A stretch of DNA of 64,000 nucleotides from assembly GCA_964036045.1 (NCBI GenBank), contig OZ038378.1:17670001-17734000 (forward strand), given 5' to 3'. Below, piece by piece: positions 38,998 to 53,416 of this stretch. Each line of letters starts with the position of its first letter. Position 1 is the first letter of the stretch. The translations under genes and the position numbers were made by a program. Source of the DNA: Eutreptiella sp. 'Long Island Sound 2002'. Lineage: Eukaryota; Protista; Euglenida. Below the pieces are notes generated by a model. That model was not told where the DNA came from. It worked only from the letters and a program-made list of their open reading frames with translations, and did not search any database.

Positions 38998-41900
38998 TTA
39001 CTCTGAGTCCCAATACTCCGAGTCGTCAGATTCTACGATTGACTCTGGGGCAGATTCGCTGGCAGAGGATGAGACTTCATCCCAATTGGGAGGTGGTGGC
39101 TCAGGGTCGTGTTGTTGATCGTGTGAATTGCATGGCCATTCGTCTTGTAGCAGGACAAGCGTGAGTCTGGGTGTTAGAGAGAGTAGCAGTTCTCTGCTGA
39201 ACATGATGTACAAGTCATCTGTGGCACGAAAATGTATCATGCTGGTTCTGATCTGCTCATTCTGCGGGGACATCATGGAGATGTATACTGCTTGAGGATC
39301 ATGTTCAGTTCTAGGGCAGGCAATGCACGCATGGAAGGATGTGGGGTTGAGTGTGGGAGAAAGCAGGTTCAGTGGGACTGGGTTCATCGCTTCCTGATGA
39401 GGTTGTGCACTGCGGCCTACAAAATTGTATGCTGCAGCAATGACGCAGTGATTCCATTGCGGGCTGAGCACGGCCCATCCTACTGGATCTGATTCTTTCA
39501 GCACGTTCTCTCTCCGGATCAGTGGAGGCCAGCGTCGTCTTCTTCCTAGCCCATTCAGATACTTTGCACTCAAAGTGGTCGCCTCCTCGGTTGATAGAGA
39601 AGCTTCTTTTGATCGCAACACTATTCCTGACCATGTGATGCATGTACTCAGAGCGGACCATTGTTCTGCATTCTCAATGAGGAAATCTGGCACCAATCCC
39701 CATTCTTGTTGTTCTCCTTCTTGATGTGTTGTAAAGTGAGCTTGGGATTTCCATTCCACTGTGTGTCCCAATGATGCTAGATGGCAGGCAACTTCTGTGA
39801 ATGACCTCATACATAGCATGGGAAGAATTAGGCACGACCATTGCATGTGTGTGCCCCATCCTGTGTCCAAAGAGCGGCAAAAAGCACAAGAGAATTCTTC
39901 TTTTGTTCCTTCATGGCAGTACGGTATGGTTCGTATCCAGTAGGCCAACGTGAGCCCTTCATTCGTGTACTTTCCTTGGGTGACTCCTCTGCGCCATATT
40001 ACTTTGCTTTTGGGATCTCCGAGATGAAAGTCTGGGCGTAACGAGCTGTTGTAGGCTTCATCGAGAAGATTTACCACGTTAGCTGCAAGTGTGCCATGAT
40101 GAAAGCAGAGCATCGTGTCGTCTAGAGATTCTGGCATGGGTACTTGTCCTGCAGTTGCATTCTTCAGGGCATGCTTGGCCGTGACGTCTGTGTCCTTCTG
40201 CCATAAAGCGACTTGTGTCTTGCTTTTGGTGTTGTGCTGGGCTGGGATATAGAATTCTGGTACATGGTTTTCACTCAAGAATGTGGCGTATTGAAGTCGG
40301 TAGCCGTCTATCCAGGCACATTTGGAGGGTTTGCCCCCATCTCCTCCGTGCATTGCTGCGCGATTGTCCGAGATGGCTCCAAGCACTTGATGTGGGTTGA
40401 TGTCGGACTTTTTCAGTAGCAGATAGGCAAGGAAATTGCCGCACCACATTGCCACCCAGCTGCTGCCGCCTTTACATTGCACTTTGGAATATGCTCTTAT
40501 GGCTACTCCTTGCTCATCAATCACCAGCGCTGACCACGCATGATCGTCTTCTTTCTTGGCCCCATGAGACATCAGGATGATTCCGCCTCTTGGAGAGTGG
40601 ATCACTTCGATTGCAATGGGAGATTCTGTGAGGTCGTACGGTAAGTGGAATGAGATGCCGTAGCTGGCCATCCATTGTTGCGTTGTGATCCAGTCTGGGT
40701 GGGTTGGCACTTGCTGTAACGGGTACAGCATGATGGTGCGGATTGTTTCCCTGGTGTAGATGCTTCTGCTGTTACACGCAGAGAAGAGACCCTTGATGTA
40801 TTGCAGCTGGAGGCGGGTGAAGATGTGGGGGACTGCAAAGCCTAGATCGTCTATGCTGGCCCATAGTATCTTGTTGGGGGTGCGCACTGGGATGCAGAGC
40901 GTTTTGCAGGCTATTCTTTTGATGTGTATCTGATGGGGTTGTACTTGTTCGGCTCGTGCTGGCATGGCAGAGAAGACGTAGTCAACCACTGAGATTGTGT
41001 TTGTGACGAGAATTCGGAGGACTAGTATCAGTGAGGGTTGGAGTCTCCCCAGTGATCCTTGCAGTACTTTGAGGCGTGTGGTGAACTTATCAATGGCCGT
41101 TTGCGGCTGCTCATTGGGCATGAGAGGTATCCCGGTCATTTTTAGGCCTGAGCATTGCAGGTTGAACTTGTCTTGCATCGTATCCACCGTGTCCTCGATG
41201 TACTTTAGTTCTCTCGGGTTCTTGGGTTCTACTCCAAATATCTGCACTTTCTTGCATTGAGAGGAACCTCCTGTCGACCAGCATCCTTGATTGAAGACAT
41301 GAAACATGTGGGCAGCGTCTTCCAAGGTAGAGGTGAATCCTCTGCGGTCGTCACTGTATACAATCTCCAGTACTTTGATGCTGCTGTGCCACGGGGCTGG
41401 GAGGCATTTGAAGGCATGTTATGGTGCTCTGCTGGAGAGATCTGATGGGTTGCGCTGTTGACTCAGGACTCCTTTGTGAAACCTGGTTCGGGCACGGGCG
41501 GTGGTTGCGTATAAGCCCACTCCCATGGAGTCACCTTGCAATCGTCTGTGACGCATGCAGTATGGTTCTGTCAATCCGAATGGTGAGACAACATAGATAC
41601 GGAAGGATCCAAAGAACTGTTTTGCCCAGCGTTCTACTTGAAGCGCTTCTCTGGGGAATAGTTTATCCATGTCGTGTCTGATGGTGTTGCAGAAGGCATT
41701 GCTCTCATCCCAATCAATGATGAACACTTTACCGTTGGTATGGGCAGACCACCATGTGAGCCATCTGCAGGTGATCGCGCACATCTGGGGTGATAAATGC
41801 TTTCTGTAGGCATAGTGAGATGGGGGTGTCCATTGGAACCATTCTGAGCGCTCTTGTTGACGCAGGAAGACGTTGCTGGATTCGAGACGGTGTAGGTAGG

Positions 41901-43854
41901 GTTCAAGCAGAATGGGTCTGCTATTGCGTATGAGCCAGAAGGGTTCTTTCTTCTTTAGACATAGGTGAAGTACTGCACATAAGAGTGGACAGTGACTGCC
42001 TTTAGCAAATGCTACGAGCAGTGTGGAGATCAGTAGCAGACTAAATCCGTTTAGGAGACTCACTAGAGCATGAGGAAGCTGCTCCACTGAAGTGGCTTCT
42101 GAAGATGAGCGACCGACTAATGCAGTGAGTTCATGGAAGTTCGGAGTTTGACTTGCTGCATCGTCGATGGGAAGGCCTGTTCGGGTTCTTTGGAGTTTGT
42201 TCATGTGGGTGATGAAGCCCACCGTATCTTCAGGTTGGTCTGTGTCCAATTCCATGCCTTTCTTGAGGTGCTCATAATCCAATTGGATTCCCGGACGCCC
42301 GCTGTACAATTCTTTGGCTTGACGCAGCATTTCTTCCTAAAATTCTTCTTTGTCTAGGGGAAAATACTTGCCATCAGCACTGATCTGGTCCACGACTTGG
42401 AATTTGTTCTTTTTTAGTTTGATGGCGTGAGTTGTTGCTGATGTGATGGACACCCCTTGCAGTTTTTCCAGTGGGACGTGCAGCTTGGATGCCATGGCCT
42501 TGTTGTTTCGGTTTTCCCACCACTGGGTAACTGCCACAGAGTTTCTTCCATCATGCGCTTGAAGTGCAGCCGCCATTACTTTGGCATCTGCTACCGTCAA
42601 GGAGAGGTGGGATTTTCTGCGGGGAATTATACCATCCATTACCAGGAAGTACATGTGCATGACGGCTGTGGGGGACCATTCTGTGATGTTGGCCCATGCG
42701 AATAACAGTGAGCAGATGTTCGCAATCTCTTGAAATTCTTTCTGGTTCAGGTGTCGGAAGTCGTACCTGCGTTGAGATGGATCTGCCGGTTTCATCTGCT
42801 CGCTGTCCACCACTAGGAAGTATTGCTGCACTCGGTGAGAGCTGAGGCCTGGCAGTTGTTCTCTAGTGCACGCTACAGATGGGGTACTGTTGTGAGTGAA
42901 CATCCAATCGATCTCTTTCTCCGAGAGTCCTCTTTTGGTCAGCACTTGATTGGTGGGGTGACCTGTAGCGTATGGACAGTTGAATTCTTTCCATTCTTTT
43001 GAGAGTGTTTTCTTGAGCCAGCCACGCTTGCTGCGCATAACATAGTCGTTCAAATATCCTTGTATGAATGTGATTGTTGCTTTTGCTTTTGTGAGGAATG
43101 ATGCCACAGCCTTGCTGTGTTCTTCTCTGCTGATTGGGCAAATGCCGGGAGGGAAGTGGATTGATGCTACCGCTATGGAAGTCGGTAGTCCCGGGCTAAT
43201 GAGGACGCAGAGGGAGTGCTTTCGGACATCTGTCTTCCATTTCTTTTTCGAGAGCCTTCTCGTGTGCACTAGGATAACCAGGCCGCCGCCTTTGTATGGA
43301 TCTGAGGCAACGTGTTGATAAGGGAGTCCGTTGAGCCATCCTTCTGGCATGAGACCCCATGTTTCTTGAAGGCAGACGTTGTCCGGCATTCCCAGGATTA
43401 GATAACAGTACAGCTGATGCAGCTTTTTCTCGAGACTTCCGCAATTGATGCCCATGATCTGTAAGTCCACCCACTCAGGGATGTTTGGGTTGATCGCGGG
43501 TGGTATCATGGTGCTGAATTCTTGGTGCATTTGTGCGTATGCACGTTGAATGTGCGGGTGAACATCATTGGGAAGTGAGGGTTTGCATGGCCACATTCTG
43601 CTGTGGGTGATCGGGAAAACTCCTTCGAGCTTGAATGTTCCCAAGTGTATAATGCTGCGTGTCGCCATTTCAGCTGATATACTTTCTTGCTTGGGAAGGT
43701 GCCAGCAGGCACTGATGTGGGGCTGTTTCTGTTGATGGGGGGTTGTCAAATGCAGCTTCATGTGGTAACCTGACAGTTTTCCACATTGACGACATTCTGG
43801 GCCGTCCGACCATGAAATTGTGTCCTTTGGGTCATATTCTTGGGCGCTGATCAT
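38998..43854 (-). pseudogene. ORF2 of copy B (1619 codons in one frame, two premature stops)
   Basis: ORFs 42337-43854, 41419-42330 and 38998-41325 share one frame; stops TAG 42337 and TAA 41419 are sense codons in copy A; YSDD at about 41348-41359; CCHC at about 39835-39890. Confidence 0.9.
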
Positions 43855-43938
43855 GATGTATCCGCCTTGAGATTGGAATTGTTGTACCCGTGTTTTTTCT
43901 CGGAAGAGTCGGGCATCAGGTGGGATGATTGTCCGGCA

Positions 43939-44463
43939 CTAGAGGAGTAGGACAGAGTCGCAGGACACTATTGGGTAGGACGGGGTGAAAGTCTTGTTGT
44001 ACTGGTTCTCTGATTCCATGTATGCTTGAAGCCATGCATGGATGATTCGAGACTGACGGAGCACTACTGCTGGGGGTACTCCTTCAAGATTGGGGATTCT
44101 TGTGATGCGATACAGTAGCTCGACTGCTGCCTCTTCTTCTGGGTTTGCTTGATGACAGGGTATGCCATACAGTGCTGGGTTGGGGCAGTTGCAAAGGGCT
44201 GTTGCTTCATGTGAAGCCGGAGTTCCACATCGTGTACATACATGTAGTAGGGTTGTGTGTTTTGGGGTTGCTGTGGTGTTTTGAGATTGTGGCTGGAGGG
44301 GGTCATGATTGAGATCTGTTGAGCATTTGGTGGACCAGTTGTGTAAGTCTGTCAGGGATGCATCAGCGGTTCTCTTGTTGAGTGATCCGTGGGGTAGCAA
44401 GTTATCCGTGTAACGTTTGATTAGTGCAGAGCACGATGTGGATTTGGGGAGGGCAAGGGGAAT
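43939..44463 (-). other. Cys/His-rich linker ORF, in frame with both ORF1 and ORF2
   Basis: HVCTRCGTPASHEATALCNCPNPALYGIPCHQ; open from the ORF1 TGA (44464) to TAG (43939). Copy A equivalent 25401-25925 has two extra stops. Confidence 0.6.
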
Positions 44464-46653
44464 TCATTTCTTCTCCTGCGTCACTCCTGGCGCTGCTGGG
44501 ATGGAGGCACTGGACGCAGTAATTTGGGCTGGAGGCAGGTCTTCTCTTCGTTGCGTGGATGAGCGTACCGCTCGATTCTGCGGTTGTGGAGAATTGATAC
44601 TGGGTGTTCCTGCCGCTGGTCGTTGTTGATCCGGTGTTGGATGAGCCATAGGGTGAATGTTCCCGTAGAGGTGTGGTTGGTAGTGAGAGAATGATGGCTG
44701 CATGGAGGGCATGGGCGGATGATGAGGAGGGTACCATGGGTACATGGGACTTTGAGGTGGATACGGGCTGTACTGGTGCCCTGGTACTACTCCTGGCATT
44801 GCTGCAGGTGGGGGTGGTGGCGGGGCCACTCCGGCTTGTGCTGGTGTGCCTGCTGATTCTGTCTTCCTTCTTTTCGCCGGGTTGGGTGGTTCATATGGAT
44901 CTCCCTTTTCATTCTTTGACCGTACTCCAATATACTTGTTGTTGCCGATGTGGAGCCATACTTTGTCTTTGCCCTGTGCTAGGGTATTCCATGCGTGGGG
45001 ATTCACACTGTTGAGGAACCAGAATCCCTTGTTGATGGCTGCAGGTTGCAGCCTTGTATTGTTGCCGAAGTGCTTCTCAATCTCGTTCTCAAGGTCCTCG
45101 TACGGTGCATCTTTGGTTTGGGTAATCATCAGTGTAACTCCTTGTCCTTGATGCTGAGGGTATTGTGGTGGTTGCTGCACGGGTGGTTGTGGGGGCTGAT
45201 TCATTGGAGGGAAAGGCAGCAGTGAGTTCCTGGGTGTTGTGGGTTGCATTTGCGACGTGCTTGATCTTTGTGGGAGATTTTGTTGGTATTGTTGGTACTG
45301 TTGATATTGTTGAGTTGGCATCAGAGTTGGGGTTTGTGGCTGATATTGGGTAGCTCCAGTAAGGGGCTGAGTTGGCTGTGGGGCTGTGGTGGCTGAGTGG
45401 TGGGGATTCTCTTCCTCCGGAACCATCCATTGGTTGATCCAGTCTGGAGTTTGCACATTCACTGTGGCACCTAGATTCTCTAGTTCAGTCTACACCGTGT
45501 CAAAGTCTGCGACGTTAGTGGTGGTTGCAAGGTTTCTTATTACCGTGTTCCACCACTGGGCTGCGGTTTGAGCAGACATCAGACTCAATCTGGTGTTCTC
45601 TTCTGTATGAAACGAGAATGCCAGCATCGTCGCCGACATGGGTCCAATCAGCATCTTGCGGGATAGATTGCCACATTTTCTTCAATTCGCTGATTCTTTT
45701 GCTTGTCTCGGGGGAAGAGCCGACAGTTCGTCCTTGCATATATCTCAACCAATCCTGCAGTGCCTGCGTTACTGCTGGGATGTCGCTCGATAGGGCACAC
45801 ATGTGGGCTTTGAGTATGGCCCCGAGTTCTTTGCATTTTTGTGCTTTTTGGAAGAAGTTGAGGATTTTCGCGGCCGCTTTGACTGGCAGTAGACGCATGT
45901 ACAGGTGGCGTGCAGCAACTTCGCATTCGCTGTCATCCAGTGCGTCGCATTTTTCTTGTACTTTGGCTATGATATCCTCGAAGTTGCCGTAGGTGTCGTT
46001 GGTTGCAGCTTGTGGAGGGGGATGTAGTCCTGGCATTCTTTGATCTTGGAATGAGAGGCCTGGATGATTTTTGGGTACGTAGGATCGACTGGCATTGTTG
46101 AATGCAAATTTGTTGTGATCTGTGGAGTATCTCTTGGAAGATTCGTTGTCCCTTGGACCTGAGTGGAGCATCAAGTCTGCTGTTGATGGAAATGCTGGGG
46201 GTTTGATGGCCGTTGTTCTTCGATTCTTTGCTGCTGGTGGAGCTTCCAGTTGCGCATCAAGATGTGCATCCAGATTGATAATGGGCGATGGAGGGTTTCT
46301 GCGAGGGGATTGAGCACGAGAAGGGGATTGCCCTCCGGGGGATGGAGCACGTTGCTGCGAGCTGGCACGGTTTCCTTTGGGTTGGGGTGTGCCTAGTTTC
46401 AGAGAGCGCAGCGTGGTGGTGATACTGGCCCTCAACGATTGGTCGGACATGGCTTGTCGTTGCGGTTTGCCATCAATGAAATTCGGGGTCCATGGAGGCA
46501 GCTTTTGTTGAAAAGTGGCCCATGCTGCATATAGAGCTGCCCTTTCAGGTCCCCATCCGAGTAGTAAATTCTGGTGAAGTACCCTGCGGTTGTGGGATCA
46601 ACGTACGCACGCTGTCGTTCTGGTGCAAGGGCAATGAATTCTTCGGAGTTCAT
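44464..46653 (-). pseudogene. ORF1 of copy B (about 390-bp internal deletion near 46542; frameshift near 45630)
   Basis: Fragments 46432-46659, 45515-46450 and 44464-45462 match copy A ORF1. Confidence 0.75.
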
Positions 46654-47109
46654 GATCAAATTCTTTCAGAAAACACTGATTGACATTGAAGGCATGCATA
46701 TCTGATATCTGGAAATGAGTTCTTTGGAAGAGCGTGGTTCACTGTTAACGGCTCTACTTGAGGGGAGTGTTGCACTGACTTCTGCGTGAGCACATGTACA
46801 GTCATGCACTTTTGATGGTCTGTTGTTCCTTCCCTATTCATTATATTGTTGTTGAGCAACCGTGTTCACTTGCAGCATGCACGTACCTCGTTGCGATCTT
46901 TGCATCTTGTTCTTGTGCTCTCCTTCCGGGTTAGGGCTAATGCCTTACTTGATTTCCATTCGTGCCCTGATACTTGCATGGAGTCCGGGAGTATGTGCTG
47001 CTGTGTGAAGAGAGCTTTTCCTTGTTTGCTTGTCTTTGAACAAGAAAGGTTTGATATGACTTTGAATGCTGAGTGTGTTTTGTGTTTTGTTTTTTTTTGG
47101 GGGGGAGCA

Positions 47110-49050
47110 TCATCGAGTAGCTGATGATGAGTTGGAGCAGAGATTGGGACGGGGCTTGATTGATTCTCGGTGTGAGTTTGATATTCTTTTCTTTACACTG
47201 AGTTTCAGTACACCCAGAACATGATGTGCAAGTCATCTGTGGCATGCAAAATTATCATACTGGTTCTGATCTGCTCATTCTGCAGAGACATCATGGAGAA
47301 GAATATTGTTTGAGCGCCATGTTCAAATTCCCGGGCAGGCAATGCACGCATGAAGAACTGTGGGGTTGAGTGTGAGAACATGTAATATCATTGGGACAGG
47401 GTTCATCACTTCCTGGTGTGATTGGACACTGCAGGTTACAGGATGGTACGCTGTAACTGTGGCTCTGAGATTCCATTGTGGTCTAGGTGTGGGCTGTCCT
47501 ACTGGATCTGATTCTTTCGGCAGGTTCTCTCTCCGGATCAGTGGAGGCCATGGTCGTCTTCTTCCTAGTCTATTCCGATACTTTGCTCTCTGTGTGATCG
47601 TCTCCACGATTGATCAAGATGTTTCGTTTGATCGCCACGCTATTCCTGACCATGTGATGCGTATACTCTGAGCGGACTGTTGTTCTGCATTCTTGAAGAG
47701 GAAATCATGTATCATGCCCCATTCTTGTTGTTGTCCTTCATTGAGTGTTGCAAAGGGAGCTGGGGAATTCCAATTCCACTGTATGTCCTGATAATTGCAG
47801 ATGGCGGGCAACTTCTGTAAATGACCACATACATGGCATGAGACGAATTAAATGTGATCATTGCATGTGTGTGTTCCATTCTGTGTTCAAGCGCAGCGGA
47901 AAAGTGAGGGCTGGGTGTATGCGGAACCGTAGCTTACTTGTATGTCCATGACAGTTATTGATTTTACTGTCGATGTGATTTTCTGAGTTGATAATTGATC
48001 ATCTCTGGGTGGCTAAAAAAATTTAAAAAAAAATGTTGTTTTTTTTTTAAAAGGAACCCTTGATTCTTTTGCTGTTTCTGGCATTGAGCAGGGCAAGAGG
48101 GTACGGTCAGATGTACTTCCAGCGTAACTTCTGGTGCATGTGACATTGTCTGTGGATGCAGATGAATCTGGTCCGATGCTTTTTGTCAGGAGGGTTCACC
48201 GTTGCTACGGTGGACGTAGTTGCTGGTCCAATGGGCTGCAGCATGATTGCATGGGTGCAATGAGGCGGGTCATGTATTGCGGGTGGGAATTCCATTGGCA
48301 TTCGAAAATTTTGCCTGAGAGTGCATGTGTTTCGGCCGTGTGTTGTGGTTGGGGATTGTGTATACTCCTGATTTACCCATCCTGGGTGTGAGCGAAGGTC
48401 AGTGCAATTGCGGGTGTGGCGTGATTGAAGTGTGATACATCTCCACTTTGCAGGTGGGATACTGATCCGATTCCTGTGTTGCTTGGAAAACATTTGCATC
48501 TTGAGGTGATGCATTCAACAGCAAATGTTGTATTCTCGATGAAGGGGTGCTCAACATTCATTCTTCCGTCAGGTATGCGGATGCTGGGTGATACTTGATT
48601 GAGGGGGGGTTGAGAGAAGGATTGTACCTTTCCCGACAAACAGTCCGGCATGGCCAGTGCGGGCAGGTTGATGCATCCATTGTGGCAGCACCGAGTTTCG
48701 TTGATGGACGCAAAATTTTTATGCTTCACTGTTGTTGTCGCAGTGGTCTTTGAGGACTCATGAGGGACCATGCGTACGAAATTCTGATATGTGGAGGGAC
48801 ATGTATTGTCATAGATTCAATCAGTTTCTTTTTTGGGCAACGGGATGTTCTCGGATCATCTGCTCTCAGATTGGGGTTGAGAAACATAAAATTTGGGTGC
48901 CTCCTTGTTGCATTCACTGCGATCGCTGGAGGTTCATGGGGTGCGCATGCATGCTGAATTCTGAAGTGTGACAGGTTTACATGAGCACAGATTTATTCGG
49001 TTTCTTTCTTACGCATCTGGACTTGTTCTGATTCTCTGCATCCTCAACTG
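47110..49050 (-). pseudogene. Internally deleted paralogous ORF2 relic in copy B
   Basis: Colinear with 28940-31150; AKYRNRLGRRRPWPPLIRREN and VPPHIRISYAW. Confidence 0.7.
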
Positions 49051-49057
49051 GTCACGT

Positions 49058-50920
49058 TCATTCTTTCTTCTGCGGATCATCCATGTGCAGTTTCACCGTC
49101 AGCGTGACAGGCACCGTCAGCTCACTTTCTTTCCCACTGCGGCCTTTGCCACCGCTCTTGCCGCTCTTGCCACGATACTCTTGGGCTCGAGGGTAGCGGT
49201 ACTGGGGTTTGCCTTTGCCATACTGCCGATAAGCGGGAACACTCGGGTCGCGTGCATCCGGGATTCCTTTTCCACGGGGATCTCGGGGACTGAACTGTCG
49301 GGCATGCTCATCAGAAGCAGTGGCCGAGGTCGGAAAAAGCGCGTCGGACAAGTTGTTGAGTCGCAACACCAAGTCATGTGCTTCGTCAGAGGCAGGCAGA
49401 TGGCTCGCCATGTGAGGCTCAGCGCTGTGCGCAGCAGGTTCGTTGACGGGGCTGCGGCTGCTCTGAGATCGATACTCATGCTGGATGTGCTGTTCGTGCC
49501 GAGCATACGGATCGTGTGTGTCATACCGATCGTATCGGCTTCGCCTGGGTTCATGCCTGCCGTACTCAGAAGGGACACGGGGACTCCTTCTTCGGTGCTT
49601 GGCCGGAGGCTCGTCAACTTCTTCTTCATCACGGTATTGATCGCAAGCAGACCGTCTGGATTCCGTCGGACCTCCACTGCGAACGTCGCGAGCATCTTGA
49701 GGATGGCGGTAATCGCGGGGGTCGTGGACCGGGTCTCGGGAAACGGTGCTTGCATGAGAGCCAGGACGCTCACGGATGGGGACGCGTTCACGTTCACGTG
49801 CCTGTTCACGTGCATGTTCGCGCACGAGTGCTCGAGCTGCTTCGACTGCGTGTTCTGGGATAGGTTCTTTCACATATTCTCGCTCGAATTCTTGAGCTGC
49901 TGCCCTGTCATGACCTCTGGGGCGCTCGCGGACGATATCTCGAGAGGATTCATGGGCACGTTCCCGCATCGGTTCTCTGGCGTATCCTCGGGTCTTTCCA
50001 CGCATGTGGTCCGGGATGTAGTCTCGATCGAAGTGTTCGCGGGCGTGTTCGCGGGAATGCTCTCGAGCTGGCATGTGGGCTGCTCCACGAGCGGAGTACG
50101 TCGAGGGCGAGGTACGCGGCGGGCCACTCTTGCCTTTTCCTTTGCCTTTGATATGCTGAGTGTACGGCGATCCGTCCTGATGCTGAGACCTGATCCAGAA
50201 GAAATCTCCATCTTCTTGCAGTCGCACTCGCAGTTTGTACGTATTCTCAGAGTCCGGGCACATCTGCTGCCAATTCTCTTGTGTCGTCTCGATCATCCAG
50301 AATTGATGCCTTGTCGCAGCTTGTGGGATGATGGCACCTAGTCTTCTCCTGATGATGGTACTGGTTTCGTAGTAATTGTCTTCAGAGATGTCCTGTACTC
50401 TCAGCACGATCGGATTATCGATATCATCATCATCCGGCAGATTCTGGGGGGCGATGTGCACATATTCCTGGCCCCGGGCAATACCTTGCATGGAGGCTTG
50501 ATTTTGGCTTTGTTCAGGTCCTTGCGTAGGGGCTGGTTCTTGGCTCTGTTCCGGTCCTTCCTGGGAGGACATGTGGTCGGGGGACTCTGAGGATTCCGAT
50601 AGCAGTTCTTGGAGAGCTCTTTTTACTTCATCTTGATGTTGGTCGACAATTTCTTGTTGCGCCGGTTCAGATTCTGGTACTGGTTCTTGCGCATGGGCTC
50701 GTTCATACTCTGGTGTGGGAGCTTGTTCCGCACGGATTTCTGCAGCGGATTCGGGTGCTTGAATTTGGGCGTGTTCTTCTTGAGTCTGATCAGGGTCATT
50801 CGTGCGCGGAATGTTGGTCGTCGGATTTGGGAAACTCCTCCATCGCCATTGCGGCTCCAGTGGTGGGGTTGGAGAGCGGGTGTCAGAGGAGGGGACAGGT
50901 TCTGATCCTGACCGGGACAT
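49058..50920 (-). CDS. ORF0, intact 620-aa ORF1-like protein (acidic/P-rich N-term, RRM-like domain, R/E/H-rich tail, GK repeats)
   Basis: Uninterrupted ATG-to-stop ORF; the central domain aligns by eye with the ORF1 domain. Confidence 0.7.
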   Translation of the reverse strand: MSRSGSEPVPSSDTRSPTPPLEPQWRWRSFPNPTTNIPRTNDPDQTQEEHAQIQAPESAAEIRAEQAPTPEYERAHAQEPVPESEPAQQEIVDQHQDEVKRALQELLSESSESPDHMSSQEGPEQSQEPAPTQGPEQSQNQASMQGIARGQEYVHIAPQNLPDDDDIDNPIVLRVQDISEDNYYETSTIIRRRLGAIIPQAATRHQFWMIETTQENWQQMCPDSENTYKLRVRLQEDGDFFWIRSQHQDGSPYTQHIKGKGKGKSGPPRTSPSTYSARGAAHMPAREHSREHAREHFDRDYIPDHMRGKTRGYAREPMRERAHESSRDIVRERPRGHDRAAAQEFEREYVKEPIPEHAVEAARALVREHAREQARERERVPIRERPGSHASTVSRDPVHDPRDYRHPQDARDVRSGGPTESRRSACDQYRDEEEVDEPPAKHRRRSPRVPSEYGRHEPRRSRYDRYDTHDPYARHEQHIQHEYRSQSSRSPVNEPAAHSAEPHMASHLPASDEAHDLVLRLNNLSDALFPTSATASDEHARQFSPRDPRGKGIPDARDPSVPAYRQYGKGKPQYRYPRAQEYRGKSGKSGGKGRSGKESELTVPVTLTVKLHMDDPQKKE

Positions 50921-50992
50921 ATTGCAGATTCCCTAGTGTTCGTTGTGTGATATTGGATGAATGAGGATTAATGTCAGTGGTATATGGCAGCG

Positions 50993-51360
50993 AGCACAAG
51001 GAGCTGGCACTGTACCAGTTCTCCAGGCGCGCACGGGATTTTTGACAAGGCACGATTAATTTCTCGGAGAGTTCTTTCTTTTAATCAGAAATTATGAGGC
51101 AGCAAGCACAAGGAGCTGGCACCGAACCACTTCTCCAGACGCGCACGGGATTTTTGATGAGGCACGATTAATTTCTCGGAGAGTTCTTTCTTTTCATCAG
51201 GAATTATGAGGCAGCAAGCACAAGGAGCTGGCACCGTACCAGTTCTCCAGACGCGCACGGAATTTTTGACGAGGCACGATTAATTTCTCGGAGAGTTCTT
51301 TCTTTTCATCAGAAATTATGGGGCAGCAAGCACAAGGAGCTGGCACCGAACCAGTTCTCC
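50993..51360 (-). repeat. 112-bp tandem repeats in the 5'UTR (3+ copies in B, fewer in A at 33107-33260)
   Basis: ttctcggagagttctttc at 51061, 51173 and 51285. Confidence 0.85.
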
Positions 51361-51822
51361 CTACATGTACGAATTCTTAGGTGGGGTATGATCGAATTCT
51401 TTGAGATTTTGATTTTTTTAACCAGTTCTCCTAATGCGCATGAGTTCTTTGGTGGGGCTTGAATTGTGTTCTCTGAGAGTTTTTGTTGTCATCAGGAATC
51501 ATAGGGCAGCAGGCGCGTGATGGTAGCATACTTTTGTGGTGATCGATTGCACATATTAGCAAGCACATGGAGCTGGCACCGAACCTGTTCTCCGGCATGC
51601 ATGGAGAGAGTTGAACTGTAACTGAGAGATAACTAAACAGTACCTTACCTTACGAGGTGAGATTATGGCTCCACCGGTTTTCTGCACACACCGCTCGCAA
51701 CTTTGAGCGATTGCCCCACCGGCGCCAGGAGCCATACTTGGGCCGGCTTGACGGGAAGTGGCAGGAACAACAGGACCGTCCACAGACAACAAATGCCATT
51801 GGACTGCCCCCCAGCACCCCCA

Positions 51823-52497
<675 letters not shown>

Positions 52498-53416
52498 TGC
52501 CTAGAGGGGCATTCCGCTTCGCTGCACAGGTGGACAATCGATAAGCCGATGGACCTACGGTGGAAACAGGTTTGTTGAAAAAATAAAGTACAGAACAAAC
52601 ACAAAGGGAATACAAAATGAACATGTTTCAACTAGACACAAACCAGAAGTTGAGTACAGAAACAGGAAACAAAAATAAGAAAAAAAGGGGGTGACATAAA
52701 ACAGGGCCATTTTCAGCCCAACCAGAAAGGGCAGTTTTCAGCCCCACACCCCACCCTAGCCTAGAGATTCACCCCGCAAACGTAATTCCATTTTACACAA
52801 AATTTTTTTGTAGGTACACGGGTCTACTCAATCACACCCCCCTGCTTGGAGGGGTTCGTTGTCAAGGGGGGCTACCGGTCCTGCCCTGCGATGCAATGCG
52901 GGACAACCTTGACAACGGGCTCCGTCGGTCTTGGGTGTAGGTTAGAGCCTCTTGACCCCGTGGTCGCTTGTACTGGGTTACAGCACCATACGCGTGCACT
53001 ACTGGAAAAAATGTGGGGTGAAATCTCTGAGGCAAGTAGAGGCAGGGTGGAGAACAAGGGAAGTAACACAGGGGTATACAACATGCAGAGACAAAGGCAC
53101 ACTTACAAACACACGGCACACTTGTGCGCGCACATCCAATGGCAGGGCCCGGAGGTGCACACTCGCCCGGAGGGCGTCACAGAGTGTGGGCCTCGCGGTG
53201 GCGGCCGTGGAGCACGTGGTGGTGCACGCTCACACAAACAAGAGATTCCACAAACCACTCACGTACATACAACAAACGGTAAGCAAATGCACAACACGTG
53301 TCTCTCTCTCATGTCTCCCTAGGAACACGGGTCCCTCCCTCCCTCCCGCTCACCCCTAGGTTAATGGGTCTCTCCATCCATCTCCCCCTTTCTCGCTCCC
53401 CTAGGAACTTGAGAAC

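Noticed and set aside
48968-50341. 457-aa plus-strand ORF (and 31195-31785)
   Set aside because: Antisense shadow of ORF0.
52858-52917. CGTTGTCAAGG...CCTTGACAACG inverted repeat as a solo LTR or MITE
   Set aside because: Only about 60 bp and no TSD.
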